Origin: Candidatus Peregrinibacteria bacterium GW2011_GWF2_39_17
GTDB taxonomy: Bacteria > Patescibacteriota > Gracilibacteria > UBA1369 > UBA12473
DNA: 64,000 nt
Assembly (NCBI GenBank): GCA_000993615.1
Contig: LBWM01000004.1
Span: 23,810 to 87,809 of the forward strand
Reading direction: 5' to 3'
A program made the translations under genes and the position numbers. Below are positions 59,435-64,000 of the stretch, piece after piece. How positions within the stretch are numbered: the first letter of the stretch is position 1; every line of letters begins with the position of its first letter. The notes beneath the pieces are model-generated. The model saw nothing but the letters and a program-made list of their open reading frames with translations, was not told where the DNA came from and ran no database searches.

Positions 59435-60871
59435 TTAAACTTCAAAAGTAGACAATTGAGCCATTGCCGATAAAGGCGGGCGCTTAAAGCAAGCGCGATG
59501 AACATTCCCAGCATTCATTCGAATCACATCATTAATTTCAGGATCCAACGGCAACATACCTTGTATAACTCTATTCAAATTTTTAATTGTTTCCTCAGCT
59601 GTTTTTCCTACAATTCCTGCCGCACCACCAGATAAATTATCACCGTATCCTGCCGCACAACCAGCCCATAAAATGGCATCTGCAGCTACAACCACTTTGG
59701 CAGCACATCCTTCGCTCGCTCCATCACAAAGCATCCCCGCAATCATGGCCGTAAGATTTTGGATCGCACAGGTAACAGCCTCAAGCGTAGGATTAATTTG
59801 ATAAGCAATGGCTGCAGTTGCACCTAGTCCCGCCGAAACCGCACACCCACAAGCAGGAGCCAAATCACCAAAAAAAGCTTTACAATAAGCATTAATAATA
59901 TGAGCTAAAGCAATACTTTTTAAAATTCTGTCCTCAGGAATATTTTTATCTTTTCCAAATAAATAAGGCGGCAAAGTGGTATCCACCCCCTGATTACCAC
60001 TCCCTCCACTACTCATCGCCGGGACATCAGCACCCCCCATTCGCGCGCTAGTCGCCGCTGCTACCATTAGTTTTATGTTTGTTTCAAGAGAGGGAGCTGA
60101 AACATTGTGAATAACCATTTTTTGCAAAGAAGCAACTGCTGGTCTCCCCATCTCTAAACCCACCTTAGCCAGTCTAAGATTCATATCAACTCCAAGCTTA
60201 ACATATCGAGCATCTTTAATACTAAGCTCCCCGGCCATAGCTATAAGATCTTCAAAAGAACACTTTCTCAGTCTTTCGCGATAAGATAAATCCGAAAGAG
60301 GAACATCGGTACTCGTTCCATTCCCATTTTCAGAGATTGAATTCCAAGGGACATCTTTTTCATTTTTTTTTACTGAAGCGACATGCGTGTGACCTCCAGT
60401 AATTTGCACTTCACTGGTTACACCATTCTTCATTTCAAGCTTAACTTCAATAAAAAATTCAGAACCCTCTGTTGAAGAAAGACCAACATGATTTTGACAT
60501 ACCAAACAAGCAGCTTGCTCACGAGCCTTAGCATCAACTCCCTGCAAGGTATTTAGTCCATCTGGGTTTGCCGCCAAAACCCCCAAAGCCGCAGCCAGCG
60601 GAAGACCAATTCCCTGTCCTTCTGTTCCAGGAAGAGTGACAGCAGCGCCATTTTTCATTACTCCTGGACATACGGTAACCCAAACTTTTTCAATATTATC
60701 CGGACTAAACTTACCCCCATCTTTTAAAACTTGCGCCGCAATGGCAGCAGCAAAAGCCACTGCCCCGGGTTCCGTGCAACCCAAGGCTTTTTGCACCTCA
60801 TGTTTCAATATGGACTTAAAAAGTCCCGATGTTGGGCTATCACTCACCGTCTCACCTATCATTTGTGCCAT
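59435..60871 (-). CDS. cdsB: L-cysteine desulfidase / serine dehydratase-like Fe-S protein (YhaM/CdsB, UPF0597)
   Basis: ALGCTEP, MKNGAAV, ARMGG, SSGGSGNQG, ACGC, GMLCDGA..GCA; start set at ATG 60871. Confidence 0.85.
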   Translation of the reverse strand: MAQMIGETVSDSPTSGLFKSILKHEVQKALGCTEPGAVAFAAAIAAQVLKDGGKFSPDNIEKVWVTVCPGVMKNGAAVTLPGTEGQGIGLPLAAALGVLAANPDGLNTLQGVDAKAREQAACLVCQNHVGLSSTEGSEFFIEVKLEMKNGVTSEVQITGGHTHVASVKKNEKDVPWNSISENGNGTSTDVPLSDLSYRERLRKCSFEDLIAMAGELSIKDARYVKLGVDMNLRLAKVGLEMGRPAVASLQKMVIHNVSAPSLETNIKLMVAAATSARMGGADVPAMSSGGSGNQGVDTTLPPYLFGKDKNIPEDRILKSIALAHIINAYCKAFFGDLAPACGCAVSAGLGATAAIAYQINPTLEAVTCAIQNLTAMIAGMLCDGASEGCAAKVVVAADAILWAGCAAGYGDNLSGGAAGIVGKTAEETIKNLNRVIQGMLPLDPEINDVIRMNAGNVHRACFKRPPLSAMAQLSTFEV

Positions 60872-60925
60872 ATTTTTAAAATTAAAAAACGAAGTATTCA
60901 CCTTACAATAAAAAATCAAAACCTG

Positions 60926-62308
60926 TCAATGTTTTACACCGTAAACCCCCTCATTTGATCCCAACTTCAAAATCAATTGCCTAAGCGAAACCCCCAAAAG
61001 CAACACCTGAACCAAAAGCCCTGCAGCAAACGATACCGGAATCGCATATAAACCAATTTTATCCAAAAAATAAGCGCTAATCACCATAGTTAAAACAATA
61101 GTTATAACATGAATAGAAGAAGGACGCAGCGTATTTTTAAGCGCGTAATGAGCCCGTGCTAACAAATGCATCACGCTTTCCAGGGGCACCGCAATTGTAT
61201 AAACCATTAACAAAGAAGCTGTGGCCGCCACGGCTTGAGCATCGAATTTACCTCCACCCAAAAGCAACCCGATTAAAGGATGACTAATTAGCGCTAATCC
61301 AATTGCGGCCAAGGTGGTATAACCCATAATAATTAAACTTTTCCCCAAAATAAGTTGCTTAAATTCCCTATAATCTTTGTTGGCCGCCACATGTGAAAGA
61401 TTAGCAAAAGCAGCCAAGGCCATCGCAATCCCAACTAAGCTCACCGGCAAACTCTGAAAATTACGCGCAAAACTGTAAATCGTCACACTTCCTTCCTCTA
61501 ACTCCGTGGCCAAGCGCACAAACCACCATAGCATCAACTGCCACATTCCCATTTGTACGGTTTTGGGAATTAAAAGCCAAACTGTTTCTCTAATTTCTTG
61601 ATTATAAATAAAAACAAATTGAGGACGATACCCGTATCGAATCAAAGAAGGAATTCTAACTCCCAAATGCAAAAACGCCCCCAGGATTGTGCCAATTACT
61701 AGACCCAAAAGTCCAAAATGCGGCACAAAAACAAAAACTCCGATTATAATTCCCACATTATACAAAACCGGCGCCATCCCATACCAAAAAAAGGCCTTAA
61801 TACTAATCAAAACATTTCCAAAAGTATTGCTAATCGCAAAAAGCAAAGGAGAAATCAGCATTAAGCGAGTTACAGTCACATATTGCGCTTTTTGTTCCGC
61901 ATCAAATCCAGGCACAATAAAATCCACCAAATGCGGCAAAAATAATCCAAATAAAACCGCCACCGCTCCCAAAATAAGAAGCCCAAAACTAAGAATTTGA
62001 TTCGTATACAAAATCCCTTTTTGACGATTGTGCTCATCTAAATTACTAAAAATCGGCACAAAAGCTGCGGACAAAGTCCCGGTAACCAAAAGAGCTAAAA
62101 AAAGATCTGGGATTGCAAAAGCCGCATTATAAATATCCAGTTCTGAAGATGCACCGAAGGTATAAGCAAAAGATTTATCGCGTAAAAGCCCCAAAGCATA
62201 ACTAAGTCCAGAAGTTAAGGTAAGCGCAAAAGCCGTGTGTAAAAAAAGATTTCTAAATCCACCTACTTCTTTTCTTTTGCGCTGAATTTTTCCTAAAATA
62301 AATTTCAC
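60926..62308 (-). CDS. murJ: Lipid II flippase MurJ
   Basis: LGLLRD...FGAS..LDIYNAAFAIPD, LSAAFVP, GGKFD, ARAHYALKNTLRP. Confidence 0.92.
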   Translation of the reverse strand: MKFILGKIQRKRKEVGGFRNLFLHTAFALTLTSGLSYALGLLRDKSFAYTFGASSELDIYNAAFAIPDLFLALLVTGTLSAAFVPIFSNLDEHNRQKGILYTNQILSFGLLILGAVAVLFGLFLPHLVDFIVPGFDAEQKAQYVTVTRLMLISPLLFAISNTFGNVLISIKAFFWYGMAPVLYNVGIIIGVFVFVPHFGLLGLVIGTILGAFLHLGVRIPSLIRYGYRPQFVFIYNQEIRETVWLLIPKTVQMGMWQLMLWWFVRLATELEEGSVTIYSFARNFQSLPVSLVGIAMALAAFANLSHVAANKDYREFKQLILGKSLIIMGYTTLAAIGLALISHPLIGLLLGGGKFDAQAVAATASLLMVYTIAVPLESVMHLLARAHYALKNTLRPSSIHVITIVLTMVISAYFLDKIGLYAIPVSFAAGLLVQVLLLGVSLRQLILKLGSNEGVYGVKH

Positions 62309-62342
62309 GCTGCCGATTGTAGCACGAAAAATTTAAAAACTT

Positions 62343-62702
62343 CTAATCCGCCCATTCCAAACCAACATCTGACCACAAAGCTACCAAAACTTTAGTTCTT
62401 TGACTTCCTCTTACAGAAGATACTGCACCATTTTTTGTATCGCCCGTGACCTCACAAATCATCCTAGTTAATGCCAAATACCTTTCATTGCTTAACCCCT
62501 GAATAATAATAGCGGTTTTATGGCCTTTGCTAAAACGAGGATAACGCCCACTAAAAAGATGAATGCCAGATTCGCCATTTGGATTATCATCCTCAAAATA
62601 AACTTCCATCTTACAATGACCGCTTGGTCCGCCGTTATTAGAAATATCCTCTGCCCATTCTTGATGTTCTTCGCCATCCGGACGACGTGGACAATTAGGC
62701 AT
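62343..62702 (-). CDS. Hypothetical protein
   Basis: 119-aa ORF 9 nt downstream of the lipoprotein gene. Confidence 0.55.
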   Translation of the reverse strand: MPNCPRRPDGEEHQEWAEDISNNGGPSGHCKMEVYFEDDNPNGESGIHLFSGRYPRFSKGHKTAIIIQGLSNERYLALTRMICEVTGDTKNGAVSSVRGSQRTKVLVALWSDVGLEWAD

Positions 62703-62711
62703 AATTTAGGT

Positions 62712-63305
62712 TTAGTTACCGGCGTTAAATCGAGCTTGTTTCATACCTTCATCGTATAATTCTCTAACAACTCGATCTATATCTTCTATGACAGTTTCGC
62801 ATTCCTCGCCACAACCATCACCCTCAAAAAAATTATTCTGAACAAGGGTATTATCACCATCCCCACATGATGAGGACTCAGCCTCCTTTTGCCTACGTAA
62901 ATTTCCTCCTCCTCTTTTCCCAAGTCGGTCATCTCTATAAATTAATTTCCCTTTTTTATGGGAAACAGCAACTCCGCTAAAGTGAGTCGTCGCCCCGCTA
63001 AAAGGACCACTGCCTGATTGATAAGTACTCCAACAACTAATACCATCATCGTTTCCATCAGAATCAGTTAGTGCTACACAAGAACAACGACTATGCCCCC
63101 TATCTTCCTCCCATCCATCTGAACCTTTTAATCTTAAGCCTGCTGAGAGAGTATTGCAGCTTAAACCAATCTGATCAGTTATTTGCCTAATTGCATTAAA
63201 TTCCTCCCTCTTCTCCTGATGGCACCCTGTTCCTGCTGCCAAAGCCAAAACCCCGGCCGCAGCAAGGGCAAGTGAATTTACAGAATGATGCTCCGGTGAT
63301 TTCAT
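62712..63305 (-). CDS. Hypothetical Cys-rich lipoprotein
   Basis: From ATG 63305: MKSPEHH..LALAAAGVLALAAGTGC (lipobox-like), several further Cys. Confidence 0.65.
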   Translation of the reverse strand: MKSPEHHSVNSLALAAAGVLALAAGTGCHQEKREEFNAIRQITDQIGLSCNTLSAGLRLKGSDGWEEDRGHSRCSCVALTDSDGNDDGISCWSTYQSGSGPFSGATTHFSGVAVSHKKGKLIYRDDRLGKRGGGNLRRQKEAESSSCGDGDNTLVQNNFFEGDGCGEECETVIEDIDRVVRELYDEGMKQARFNAGN

Positions 63306-63445
63306 AAATGTGGAAATTATATAGTAGCAAACTTTGAAAAGCCCTCTGAAATATACCAAATCTTATCCCATTTTTTAAATTTGTCAATAAAAATCCAGGG
63401 AAACCTATCTAAAAACCTTTATCCACAGGCTATCGAACCACTCAC

Positions 63446-63522
63446 TGGCGGGGACGACCGGACTTGAACCGGCGACCTTCTGCGTGACAGGCAGACGCTC
63501 TAACCAACTGAGCTACGCCCCC
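63446..63522 (-). tRNA. tRNA-Asp (anticodon GTC)
   Basis: GGGGGCG-TAGCTCAGTTGGTTAGAGC-G-TCTGC-CTGTCAC-GCAGA...GGTTCAAGTCC...CGTCCCC-G-CCA; 77 nt. Confidence 0.97.
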
Positions 63523-63634
63523 TCAAACTAAACGGCAAAAACAAGCGGCGAGATGATAACCTGATTTATTAAATTTGTACATATTCAGAAGCAAAAATTC
63601 ACCCTGCAAAACATGAAAATTTATTCAAAATTAC

Positions 63635-63683
63635 TTGACTTATTAATAAAAATAAAGTAATATATTATAATGTTCATTGAAAA
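63635..63683 (+). promoter_or_regulatory. Sigma70 promoter followed by a boxA-like antitermination element
   Basis: TTGACT(63635)-17 nt-TAATAT, overlapping TATAAT at 63666, then TGTTCATTGAAAA (63671-63683), one mismatch to the GTTCTTTGAAAA boxA form. Confidence 0.55.
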
Positions 63684-64000
63684 TTTAACTTGAATCCTGA
63701 GGCACAGATGGAGATAAAACCTTTTTTATCTTCGGCTGCGCCTCAAGATTCCAATAGTACAATAAGCCTGCTTATGAATTTTCCCAAAATTTCATGGTCA
63801 CTGTTTGCTCATTTTAGGCGGGGTTTCTTCCCTAAAAAAGAGAAATAGACAGCTTGCTATTTAGGGCAACCTAATTAACAGAAAATTGGTGTAGTGATGC
63901 ATTAATTTTTACTCTAAACTCTTAGCTGCTGCTGAACTTACTATTTGAATCTTGGGGTTTTTTTTGTACAAGGCCTTCTTCTACCCACCACAGGAAGGTT
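63670..64000 (+). ncRNA. Highly structured non-coding transcript (stable-RNA leader or unknown ncRNA), probably continuing past the window edge
   Basis: Consecutive long hairpins at 63692-63751, 63801-63848 and 63972-64000 with G-U pairs on the + strand; long-range 19-nt complementarity 63741-63759/63939-63957. Confidence 0.55.

Noticed and set aside
63419-63427. Perfect DnaA box TTATCCACA (another at 22290-22298)
   Set aside because: Isolated single boxes; no cluster, no dnaA/dnaN, and no skew switch in the window, so not called oriC
63708-63848. 46-aa + strand ORF, and a minus-strand open frame ending at 63922
   Set aside because: Both overlie the hairpins, and their shared PQDSNS peptide is a by-product of the inverted repeat; a non-coding reading is more parsimonious

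Overview
AT-rich bacterial chromosome segment with strong C>G skew on the + strand. It reads in code 11 (TGA is a stop) and Shine-Dalgarno motifs are rare. Gene content and the many orphans suggest a Patescibacteria/CPR (Peregrinibacteria-like) genome; this is inference. Contents: 3' end of rsmA, a de novo pyrimidine cluster (pyrF, pyrE, pyrK, pyrD, pyrC, pyrB, carA), an SLH protein, a DnaQ-DinG fusion, a full F1Fo ATP synthase operon, uvrB, htrA, ald, rpe/rpiB/prs, folK, thiI, queG, iscS, rny, a VanW protein, a cysteine desulfidase, murJ, tRNA-Arg(GCG), tRNA-Asp(GTC) and about a dozen orphans. Highlights: (1) a 2288-aa protein inside the pyr cluster that fuses a heavily inserted PLP class I/II aminotransferase to a PEP-carboxykinase-like P-loop domain, a candidate single-chain PEP->oxaloacetate->aspartate enzyme feeding ATCase; (2) a promoter- and boxA-led, highly structured non-coding transcript running off the right edge; (3) a Na+-type c subunit with an extra Asp; (4) intact but catalytically degenerate transketolase and DinG helicase domains; (5) a recurring 12-15 aa amphipathic motif in six unrelated orphan ORFs. 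All calls come from reading motifs by eye; no database searches were run.
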